A DNA stretch of 64,000 nucleotides from Phallusia mammillata (taxonomy: Eukaryota). Shown here piece after piece: positions 37,681 to 49,520 of this stretch (positions within the stretch are counted from its first letter, which is position 1; every line of letters starts with the position of its first letter). Location of the stretch: positions 2,170,001 through 2,234,000 of the forward strand of contig OZ281494.1 in the NCBI GenBank assembly GCA_965637545.1, written 5' to 3'. Below the pieces are notes generated by a model. The model was not told the DNA's origin, did no database searches, and was given only the letters and a program-made list of their open reading frames with translations. Made by a program: the position numbers and the translations under genes.

Positions 37681-39830
37681 TTCGAGATAATATTTGTAGC
37701 CAGTATTTGCCTGATATCTGGTATACATCAATACAAGAATTAAAGGAGTAGCTAACTGTGGCGAAATGTGCATATCTGAACTGTGCGAAAACTCCCATGT
37801 GCACTAGTGTCAACGTTCGTTACAAAAACATATTTTAAAATGATATCGTGCTTTATCAAAAACAAGCGCTTCATTGCTTGAAGATAAAACTTCATATGAG
37901 AGTGATGTCAGTGTTTTTCAGTCTTGTCGGTAAAGGACACACATATTACGAATGCCAGGACAATACTACTTTTAACAACGTTGAATAAAAAAGATACACC
38001 AGATAACGATTGTCTTTATACACTCAACCTATACATCATGTGTTAAAGCGAGGACTGTACTGCCTTGTTAATTACACAACAGTGACAAATTTACAAAATA
38101 AAGTTGTCAATTAAAAAAATAATCTGAAAAAAAATATCACCGTGGCTTTTTCTAGCTAAAAATCAAACTTCACAACTTTTCCGTATTTAACCTGGCGGTT
38201 CCCGATCGTAATGAAGTCGTGATGATAGGCTGTGTTAGTTTTAAAACAATGCGAGCAAACATCTTCTGATTGCGAACGCTCCAGTTCAAGTGATCCATTC
38301 CACATTTGACGCTTTACAAAGCATTATGATGTTTGTAATGTCGAATTGTGAGATGGGGTGGGTCATTAAAAGACAAACATAAGAAAAGGTTAAGTGGGCC
38401 ATTGACACACATGTTTTTTGGATCAAAATAGAAAAATAAATATACAGTATTTGTTCCATTGAATGGATAAACGTTGTGCGACCCATGACCTTTTCATGGA
38501 CCGGTAAAGATTATGACAAGGTAACACAATACCTAACCTTAACCAAAATATTTTATTTGGTAGGTTTGTGTTAGAAACGGTTTTGTTCAATAAATTATTC
38601 CTCGTTTCCTACACCGTTGTGGTATATAGCATACCAAATTCTAGTGTTTGTTCTGAGTAAACATCATGTTGAAATGATCTCTAAAAACTGACGTCTAAAA
38701 AGTGATAAGCACTTGAAGTGACACAAAGCAGAAAGTTGTTATTGTGTCCAGTGATGACGAAAATTCAACAAGTTTGAGTTTCTCGTTGGCAAATCAGTGA
38801 CGTCGCCTGGAACGTAAAAAAGTATTAAACCATGAAAACACTGTTTACTTTTCCCCATAAATGGTTTTGTAGCATTTAGTGGGTTTTTGTAGCCAGGGAG
38901 TCTATCTCGTTTACAAGTAGCAAGAAACCATAACTTCAGTTTTTCCTCCCCATCTGCACAAAATGTTCTTCATAATTTTTGTTAAAATGTGGTTTGTCCT
39001 ATTTGTTATTCAGTAACAGACATTATTCCTTTTTATGTTTGTTTGTAGGTTTTTGATTGCCACCGGATCATAGGTCTTGTAACAAATCGCTGAACTGTTT
39101 AGTTACTAAAGAGCCTGTGATCTTAATCCCAAATCTATGTGAACTTCTCGAACACATTTATTTTATAAACGAAAAAAGTTATTGGAGTTGACAAAATATT
39201 TGTAAACCACAGTTAAAGTCAGATGTCAACGTGTTTGACTATTTTAAGTATGGCTTAACCGGAGTATGACACATTTCGACAGTGTACAAAGCCACTACGC
39301 TTCATAGCTCGAAGCCGGAACGTCTGATTTCCTCAGGCAAGAAGCAACATTTGAAGATGTAGCGTGCACAGAAACATGTTAAGGCCGTTGCATCTTTATC
39401 TTTTTCGCAGACTTTTTACGAGCATAAAATGAGGTAAAGTTTCCAACCGTAAGTTTTATAACCTCTGATCTTTGTCGCAAAGCCTTTAAAAGTTTATGAA
39501 ACCATTAAACCTTGTTTACCTTCTGTCACACAATTGATTTTGCTGCTAAAACCGGGGTATTTCGGCCGAGGAGTCCTTACCGTTTACAAGTAGCACGAAA
39601 CAACAATGTCAGTTCTTCCTCCCATACACAAAAATATTTAAATAGTTTTCCGTCTGTTTGGTTTCTTACGTTTTATTGGCGATTACATTTGATCAAGCAA
39701 AGCTTTTCCGTGTTTTTTATGTTTTCGATTTGCTATAAAAGCATGAAATGTCGTTCGGATAAGCGGAAGTCTTCACTCTAGTCGAGGTATTGGAAGTTTT
39801 GATCTAAACATATTCTGTTCTTTATCGAAA

Positions 39831-41143
39831 ATGCATTTCACTTGCATTGTGGTTTTGTTTATGAGTTTGTCTTCATTTCGTTTTGTCATATCGGATTGCA
39901 TAAGTTAGTACGATACGTGTTTGTTTGACGAAATGTGCATTTCATTCTTCTTTTAACAAATTTCTGATGGATTTCATTTACAGAGGAAAATTTGCAACTA
40001 AAGCAAAAAATTACTCAGTTGAACAAGCAAGTTGCTTTGCGAAATTTCAAACCAACTGTACCAACAACAAGTGAGTTAGATAGATAGGCATGGGTTTAAA
40101 GTAAACTGTTGCTTCCAGGCATAATGTAATGATAATTATAAGGCAGTTATTGTTATTGGATCAAACGAATATCAAAGAAAATTAGCATTTTTAAGGGTAT
40201 CATCGTGGTACCTCCACGTAAATCACAAAAATACTTTTATAATTGAACTGTGCAAAACTTTAGCCAATATCGTCAGTATGCTATTGTATGTACTACCGTC
40301 TTTCTCTTTTTTATGCTAACTCGTTTCAGATTGTTCGTTGACTCATTTTGAGTTTCCACGTTATGGTCAAGCAGAAGATTTCGTCTGGTATCGGGGGTAC
40401 TTTCCCAGGCTTACCAGCGCCACCATGTGTGGATGGTTTAAAATAACTCATAATAATATGACAAACATTTTTATGGGTTATGCGAGCAAATTTTACCAAA
40501 ATCAGTTTAACATTGGCATCACAAAACCATCAAGACTAGAAATTCATATTCAGCATTATTTGGACGAGTTTGAGTTGCCTGATCCCGAAAAGTTGGTGGG
40601 TTACAAATATTTTTGTATGAATCAAGTTTTTGTTTTGTTTGGTTCCTATAGTAAGCTATAGCTGCCACAAAACAGGAATAAAAATACGTTGCATCAAACC
40701 AAATGTTATTTAGAATCATGTTTGCATCTGGTTTGACTCCGAAAACGGTATGATTGGAGCTTACATTAATGGTGAAGAAATGGGACCCAAAAGTTATCCT
40801 GGATATGTTGTCCATGGAGGGGGAAGTTTGATTCTTGGAATGGACCAGGACAGAATTAATGCTGGAGGTTTAAATCCGAATGAATGTTATAGGTAACAAA
40901 ATATATATTTTTCTCTCTAAATAAGTTATATAAGTTATGTATATTTGTTTTGTCTTTGTCAGTGGAACAATCGACAACTTTATGATCTGGCCTCGTGTTC
41001 TTACCCACGTGGAAGTACTGAGGATCGGAGCGTTTTGTGAGTGTCCGGTCGACCACGCTGTTGTCATGACAACCGACCGCGTCGAGATGTGGGGGAAGAG
41101 CAGCTACTCTGTTCCGACCGAGTGTCCTCTGATGGTCGTTTAA
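39831..41143 (+). CDS. Secreted pentraxin-domain protein, class A (A5, 261 aa)
   Basis: Exons 39831-39903, 39984-40070, 40330-40595, 40714-40892 and 40963-41143 (786 nt, GT-AG). Motifs GYFPRLTSATMCGW, NHVCIWFDS, GGSLILGMDQD and GTIDNFMIWPRVL. Confidence 0.88.
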
Positions 41144-44067
41144 TCATGCTGTCGCATTTTTAACTATAATACTATCCATGATGAATGAATCATTATATCC
41201 CTAATTGTCGATTGTAATAAATGTAATGTGATGTAACGTGATGTAATCTTCTTTACGCTGCAATAATTTAATTCAGAGAAACGCATTTTTTCTAAGATTT
41301 TGACAAACTTCTCAAAACACACAAACAGTCTCCAGCACTGGCCGGCAACATTTTAAACACGGCGTTACTTGATGTGATAATCACTCACCGTGCCATAATT
41401 TTTAAGTGCTAATAGTGGTTTGTGTCGGCTGTGGAAACAGTATGCGAAGGATTCGTATTTATAGAGCGCGTTTTAGTGTCATTGAATCATAACAAAGTGA
41501 AAACAAACGGTAATAGTGTTATTTTATCTAATTGTACTTAAATATGAGGTAAAAAATTACGCAAAGTGCCATGATAAACAACTTCGACTGCAATTTTGTC
41601 ACTTGTACAAGGGTTGCCGATTCCTGCTCTTTGTTTGCTTCATAACAATTTTGTAGTTATTTAGACAAAATAAGTAAAAAATCCATTGCAAATAAGGCTA
41701 TGGATTGTTTTGCTTGACATTTGGAGATACGTCTTTGCATGGAATTAGGTTTGGTATAAATATTGCTGTATTTAAATTACACCATAAAACATTGAAAAAA
41801 ACTTGAGATATGTCCTTATCGTCGTTGTGTCGTTTCCAGCTATATTTTTTCAAAATCCGTAAAGAACTTTTATTTTATTTTTTATTTTTACGCACAGTAT
41901 CTCATACAGAAAGTGACACAAGAGACATTGTTGGAATCATTATATCAAAAGTCTTGGAAATAGGACTGTCTGGCGCATTAATAACCATCATGACATAAAT
42001 GACAACAAAGCGTAAAACCGCTGTTTTTTTTATTTGAACTAGAGAAAAACAAACAAAGATTTTTATTATATTGTAAACCCCCAATTAGGTCATTTTAGTA
42101 CAGGTCGCTTCATTTAGTCTCGTTTTCACGTGTAAAAATGTCTGTTTTTTTATCGTTATGTCAGAATCTTTACAAGCATGGCATGAAGCCAATAGAGCTT
42201 TATGATATTCTAGCAAAAAAAAAACAACTTCCTGGGATGAACAAAAGTGTGTTTTGCGTTATTTAACGCTAATATTCGTATTACAAAGCAGTATAAAAAT
42301 CTAATGCATTGTTGTGCAAGTTCTTGAAAAATGTGACGGTCCTTTATCACGCTCTTCTACAAACTACACCATGTTCTGTTTACAAACTGCACATGCTTAT
42401 CAAGGCACTGTAGGAACCATTCAGCCAAATATAACTGATTCGTGACACTGCGCGTGAACAAATTCACAATATATCTTTTGTCTTTTTTCAATGGCAAACA
42501 AGGAAATTTGACACATCAAAGTATGATGCATCAAACTTTGATAATTGCTTAATGAAAACAGTACGTGCTCATGTAGGGGGAACTTTTGCAAAACAACTTC
42601 ATTAAATAGTAAATTTTGACATCAGTGTATTCACGTTTAGGCAACACACTTCATTACACATAAGGTTAGGTACTTTTGCTGTGATTCCGAATTAACCAGC
42701 TCACGTAACAAATCTGTCCGATTAAGTCAGTTTCCTTGTCAACGCTGTCAATCAACCCGAATAAACTCTTGATGCGGGAACAGGATACTCTAGGGCTAAC
42801 TTCCTCATAATTTCCAAAGATATTTCATGACAAAAAGTTTAACTTCTCGTGACCACGGGGCGATGCTGATTATTTTTATTATAGAAGCGGGTTAATTACC
42901 AATATGCTGCAGTTATACTTTACACTGCAGATTTTCCATTCGCTGCTTGCTTGAAACTGCAGTGAAGCTCCTTTTTCTTGATGTATTGCTTTATTTTACT
43001 GGACGTTAAAAAGTTGAGTTATAGGTGAGTTGTATTAACGGTGAGTGGTGCAGTTAAAAAGATTATGATCTAAACATAAATGTTGAGAGATTTTTTAACT
43101 TCTAGTGCTTCGCTGATACAAAGGGAAAAAACTTGTTTTTAAAACGTCACAAGAGCTGTCAAGAAGGCATAAAGCAACACCACCTAATGTATAAACGCTA
43201 ACGGTTTAAGTTAAGGTAACTTGTTATCGTTGCTTTTCAGTGAAATTTACTTCAGTGCAGCGATTGACACAACCTCGAGCAGTGAGACACTTCCTTATTC
43301 CCTCACTCGTATTTGGATGACAGTGTCGGTTACGTTGTTGTAAGCTAGATCCGAATTGCAGCTTTCAAATGTTTGGTACAATAAGCAACCTTTTAGTTCA
43401 CAAAAATATTATCATAACAATACAGTGGCATGCAGTGCTGGTTATTACATGGAAATGAATAGTTACGTAGATTAATAAGTAGAAATGTTTAAAATTTGTA
43501 ATTGTTAGTTTATGGTTATCGTTAAAATGAGTTTGTTGGCGTTAGTTTGACGAAAAATAAAAATAGGCAAACCCAAATATTTTAAATTACGAATCCGTAT
43601 ACATTTCACTTTAGAAGGCTAGTTATAAGACAGACATTATTTCGCAAGCCAGCCTTAGTGTCATATTTCGTGCATGCAACAGTCATCATAACTCTATAAC
43701 TATCATGGCGCTAATTTAATTTTAACATGTATAGTTGTTTTGTCGCTATTGCGCGTTTTTACCTAATGATTTATAGTTGTCAACGACGTCCATATTTTGT
43801 CACATACATTAATTAAACTGAACAAACTGTTGTTTACGCGTTGCTCACTAAGTCTGGCATTCATTTTGTCGAAGCCATGACATCAATAGGTGGGTATCCA
43901 TATCCATGTCCATGTCCATGTCGATCTAAAACCATATGGAACTTTCATTAAAGTTTCCAAAAATATCACAAGCATAAATATTTTGGAAACGGATTTATCC
44001 AGATTTGCATACACATTGTCCTTGTTGTCTGTGTACCAGGTCAATAAAAATATTTTGCAGGGTAAAA

Positions 44068-47000
44068 ATGGTCAGGTTTGTGCTGCTGTTAACTCTTATA
44101 ATGTTAATCAACAATCTACAGTCAAACAGCTTCTTTACTTATGGTAAGCAAATTGTCGTTGACATGCAATTAAGCCTTTTCATTTTAAATTAGTAATTCT
44201 AGGCGTGTTCTGGAGCCGGTGGTAGCATAATGTGAAAACATATCATTTATATGTTCTAAGTTTAAAAAAATGCTCAATAATTCGCTGGTTTTACATTTAA
44301 GTCCAACGTTAATTCATTGCTGATATTTATTAACTACAACCATTATAATTATATTGTAAGAAAAACTTTAATGCAACCGATAATGATTTTGAAGAACTCT
44401 AAGCCTGTTCAAACCACCGCAACAAGCTGGTGTTAACCAAAAACATAAACACCGCAACTGCTGTTTTAATGCATTACTAAACATGGTTGCTTTCAATCTA
44501 AATATTATACATATGGTTTCGGGTTTATTTTTGGAACTGTGACGTTTAGTTACCTTCTTCAAGAACCGATATTTTTTGCAGAACAATGTCGATTTAAGCA
44601 GCAAAGTTGCAACGCTGGAGATTCCATGTGTGGATGCCCAGCATCAAGACCTGACAACAATTCAACTACATTTAATGCATCTCAATGTGCGCCAGTCGGC
44701 GGATGCGAAGACAATAACGTAACTGCGACTTGCAGTGCAAACCAATACAAATGCGGCTGTTTTCCAAGAGACAGTAATTGCATGCATGGGCTGGGATGTT
44801 ATGAAAAGACACAAATGTGTGATGGCATCTACGACTGTTTAGATGGAACAGACGAAGTGAATTGTACTTGCCAAGTTGATAAGTTTCAATGTGCATGTTA
44901 TGAAAGTAACACATGTGTTGGATTGCGTGGCTGTCTGACAAGCACGAAGGTATGCAATAGGATTGATGATTGTAAAGATTACAGCGATGAAGTCAACTGC
45001 CCTTGCTTGGAAGATGAATTTAAGTGCAAGTCTAAACAGTGCATCCCTTTATCTTTAAAATGCAACGGAAATTTTGACTGCGATGACAGCAGCGACGAAA
45101 CGAATTGCACATGTAGTGGTGATCAAGTAATGTGCGGGTGCATCTATGGTGAAAGGATTTGCCCACCAACTGGACAATGCATACCTAACACATCAGTGGC
45201 CGATGGTACATCAAACTGCATGGACGTAAGCGATGAACCTTGCGACTATTTTTCCCGAACGTCTGAATTAAATTGTTATTACAGTTTAATAAACTGCACC
45301 AGTAAAATATCCATGAAGAGATTTATGAAGCACCATGCAAACAATTTTACACATTGCTTTCAGCATCACCGAGCGTGTGAAGGGCACAAAGACAAAATGT
45401 GTACTGATGACTACTGGATTTGCAACAAGCCTCAATGCCATTCAAAGAATTCACCATCCACACCTTCCGTATATTATCAGGATTATAACAACAACATTCA
45501 ATTTGCATTGTTTGCTTTTTGTCCTTTTGTAACTCCAGCCGATTACTACATTCATGCATACCCGAGTTTTAAATGTCTTGGATATTGGTTAACATTTCCA
45601 TGTAGCTTGCCTCAAATCAATCTCTACGATCAAGATGCCCAGTGCGCTGACAAATCTGATCTGTGTTTCGTCAACGGAGAATTCCGATGCTTCCTTTGCT
45701 TGGACAAGAGACTGGTGATCTCAAAGAATCAGGTGTGCGACGGCGTGATTGATTGCTACGACCTGTCAGATGAATGCTTGTGCGAGAATCAGAGCGTGTG
45801 CAAAGCTTTGCTTGGCGATTCCCAGTCAACTTGTCCACCAGGTCATCTGCACTGCTACAACCAAACAGATTGTCTTCCAATAGACTCTGTCATGTGCAAC
45901 CAATCTGTGAACTGCTTGAACGCGTATAACATTAAATATTGCTATCCACAAATTAACTTGACTTTATGCACTGAGAGGGGGACATTTGTTGTAGCATGCG
46001 ATGAAAGACCTGAATGTTTAAATGCCACCGATGAATGCCGTAATTGCCCAAATAAGCCAGCGTTTTGCAACGACATCCAATTTATGTCAGATGCGGCTCA
46101 GTATTGGGTGTGTGATGGAATACAGCGTGGCTCCCACAACGAATCAGTTTGTCCGAATCGCTATGTTTGCAGCAGTGGCACTTTCATGAGCATTGACGTC
46201 ATGAAAGTTTGCGATGGAAACTACGACTGTGACGATAAATCGGATGAGGCAATGGTCCGTTGTAAGGACAAGAGATTTTATTGTCTCAATGGGAATCCAC
46301 TGTCAGTGCCCATTGCTGACAAAGAAGACGGAATCAAAGACTGCTCGGACGGCAGTGACGAATGCCCACATGTCAGCTCTCGTAACACAGTTTTCTCCAA
46401 TCAGAAAGAAATGATTGCCAACCCTATTTTAAACGCGTTTATATGGATCATGGGTATCCTTGCATTGATTGGGAATTTCATAGTAGCTACAACCGTCTTC
46501 AGAAAGTCATATATGAACCGGATAACAGATAGTTGTGTAAATAAATGCACTCAAATATTCATTGTCAATCTATCAGTTTCCGACATGTTAATGGGAATCT
46601 ATTTACTTGCTGTTGCTGTCAAAAGTGTCCATTTCTCTGGGAATTATTGTTATTTCGATTCTGAGTGGCGTTCAAGCACACAATGCTCAATCCTAGGTGC
46701 ACTGTGTGTCATTTCATCACAGACTTCGGCATTAACCATGGCACTAATATCAGTCTATAGACTTGTGTCTGTGTGGAAACCATTTTACACTGTGTCACTT
46801 ACACCGATGTGGATTTTGTTGGCCTGTTTTGTTGCTTGGTGTGTTGCTTTTGTCTTTGCCATCATTCCCACAGTTGATTTTGCATCTGGTTACTTTGTAA
46901 CAACAATCTGGTTTCCTAATTTCGTTCACAAACGTGATTTTGTTTCTTTTGAAGCTGCAATGCTTTTGGCACAACGTATATCACCCACCAACACCACCGT

Positions 47001-47505
47001 GCTATCTTGGCATGACGCTAAACGAGTCATCGACATTAACATGTCAGGGCAATCCATCAAAGGAGAGTTTGGTTACTACGCCAAAACAAGCGTGTGTTTG
47101 CCGAGACTCTTTGCTTCAGAAAGCCATTCAGCTTGGGGATATTCACTGTTTATTATCACAGTCGATTTTGTCTTGTTTATTTTCATGGTAGCCGCTTATG
47201 TCCTTATTTATCGAAGGAGCAATCGCATGGCCAAGTCAAGAAACAATGATACCAGCTCCAAAATGCAAAAGCGAATATCCAGATTGCTTTTGACCGACTT
47301 CTGTTGCTGGATTCCGATTTGCATGCTTAGTTTTTTGTCGCTTGGTGGTGTAGTATTGTCGGACATCGTATATGTGCTTGCAGCTGCGGTGTTGCTTCCG
47401 ATCAACAGCGCCCTCAATCCCTTGCTTTATTCATCTGTGATTGACAGCGCAGTAGATAAATGTAAGAAATTACGTGTGGCTTCTGTGGGCCGAAATTCTG
47501 GTTAA
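44068..47505 (+). CDS. Multi-LDLa rhodopsin-family GPCR, GRL101/RXFP-like 7TM, no LRRs (G1, 999 aa, 2 exons)
   Basis: Exon 1 44068-44143 is the signal peptide MVRFVLLLTLIMLINNLQS. Exon 2 is 44582-47505; total 3000 nt. There are eight LDLa acidic D/N-x-[S/T]-D-E motifs plus degenerate modules. LGR-type 7TM: IWIMGILALIGNF, NLSVSDMLMGIYL, TDFCCWIPIC and LPINSALNPLLY. Confidence 0.93.
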
Positions 47506-49369
47506 GTCGTAACCATGTGACTCATCGTGAATTTTTTTTACAGTGTCCGACTAGTGTCTAAGATTTAACGATATATTAAAAATGCCTTTCTGTTTTGCCT
47601 TCAACCAACGAAGTGCTCCCTTTGTGTATACTTGTTTGTTATTTTTTTTACGTTATGTTGCTGTAACTAATTTTGTTGCTTCTAATCAATACATATTTTG
47701 AATCATAAACACCATTAGTTTTAGCAAAGAAATAACAGAACGTACCATATAGAAAATACCATAATACCAGTATTTGCTTTACGCTCCGATCTTTTGCAGT
47801 GCTCTCTGTGCTTTGCAAAAGTGGCCAGTTTGTAATTTAGTTCATCACTGAACAGAGGCACTTGCTAATTTGATTTAAGCAGCTGCTCGCCGTATTGGCT
47901 AATTAGTTCAGAATATTTGATCCTTTACTGCTGAATTAAAAAGGGCGAGCTTTTTGCCTCTACTTAAATCGCTAGAACAAAATTGCAGTAAGACAAACTT
48001 GTAAAAGTAAGTGGTGTCTTGTATTTTATTTCTATGTCGCATGTTCAATGGGCCAAAAGTTGGTATATAAGGTGATGGTCTGGATATAACGATGTGGTCC
48101 TTTATGACATACGACTGGTTGATGTGGTAGTTCATGACTTTTAGAAGTAACCAGCGTTGGTATAACGCAAATTCGACAATCATACTTTTCACATGATGAT
48201 TAGTTCATCGGATTATGTATCCATCTGCACTCGCTGTGTGTGAAAATGAGACAATAGAGATAGAGAGATGAGTTTATTTCGCTTGGTGAACATAGCGGCA
48301 CAGTAGCACCAAAACAATCACCAATGAAAAAGCTGCGCAACGTTAAAACGTTATTGAACGCAAAACAGTGAATGGCACAATTGCTTGATAGTGGCTGAAC
48401 GCGCTGAAGCTACACCGTATTAAAAGGCGTTATGTGACTGGGGCTCTCAAGAATATAAGGTCCGCGCATTGTGGTAAACACAACTTGGTGGTAATGTTGG
48501 TGGAACAAGTCGATGGGCTCCATAAACTAAGCCCGGGGTGGGGAAATAGGGTAGAATTGGACAGGAAAAGAAACCACCCAAAGAAACCCTGTCGGATAGT
48601 TTCGAGCGCCGGAAGAAAGGACACACAAAATTGCTTACAATTTATTATTACACTTTGGAGTTATTGTGCTATCAGTTATGGTGTTATCAATGACGTTGAT
48701 TAATAAGATCACCAAAATAAATGAAAATACACATTTAAATAAACAAAAATAATAATAGTAACAAATAATGCAAGTTTAAACAAGACATGGCATAGAGATT
48801 GATTAATTAGATTCTTCGCAAAGCTTGGTTGAAGGACGCTTCAATCATAAGAACGATAAAGACAAACAGCAGCAGTTTACCACTTACACGTACAATATTT
48901 ATCTAGAAGCTCAAGACTATATTACAAAACAATATACGGTGTTGTTAAAAAAATTGTGTGTCGTTAATATTTTAAGTAAAAATAAACACATCAAACTTAC
49001 ACGTAAAAATGTTATTGTTATAGCATGTGCACTACTAATCCCACTACTAATAAAACCTTGTGATTTGCATGTCTATTTGCGTGTGTCATTGCTCAAGCGA
49101 AATATAATTTCGGAGTTTAGTCCTCGATGTAAACACACAAGACCATTGGGACACTTAGTTCCAAACAACTTAAAATTATTTAAAACCCAGTGATTTGGCC
49201 TGAACCATTCGGTGCAAACAATTACAGTCAGCGTAATTTGCGTCAAATTCTATACTCCCCATAAACTGCAAATTCCAATGCTTATGTGATGGGGAATTTT
49301 CGCTGCACAAATCAAACTTATGTTAATTTGGTGGGTGGTCGTTTATTGTTCATTGTGCAAGCAATGCGC

Positions 49370-49520
49370 ATAACAAAACAGTCTTCAATGAAAGCCAATA
49401 CAAATGCGGTTGTTTTTCAAGAAACAGTAATTTCACGTATGGGCTGGGATGTTATGAAAAGGCTGCCTAGATGGAACAGACGGAGTGCGTTGTACTTGCC
49501 CAGTAAATGAGTTTCAAGGT
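49370..49520 (+). pseudogene. Decayed LDLa-GPCR exon-2 5' remnant
   Basis: Matches G1 about 44740-44890 (CCAATACAAATGCGG, GGGCTGGGATGTTATGAAAAG, GATGGAACAGACG) with deletions. Confidence 0.75.

Larger units (their letters stand above)
42620..49520 (+). repeat. First ~7-kb unit of the LDLa-GPCR tandem duplication (upstream flank + gene + downstream flank)
   Basis: The upstream flank 42620-44068 recurs at about 50590-52024 and 56700-58057. The downstream flank 47700-49520 recurs at about 54900-56670. Confidence 0.75.
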
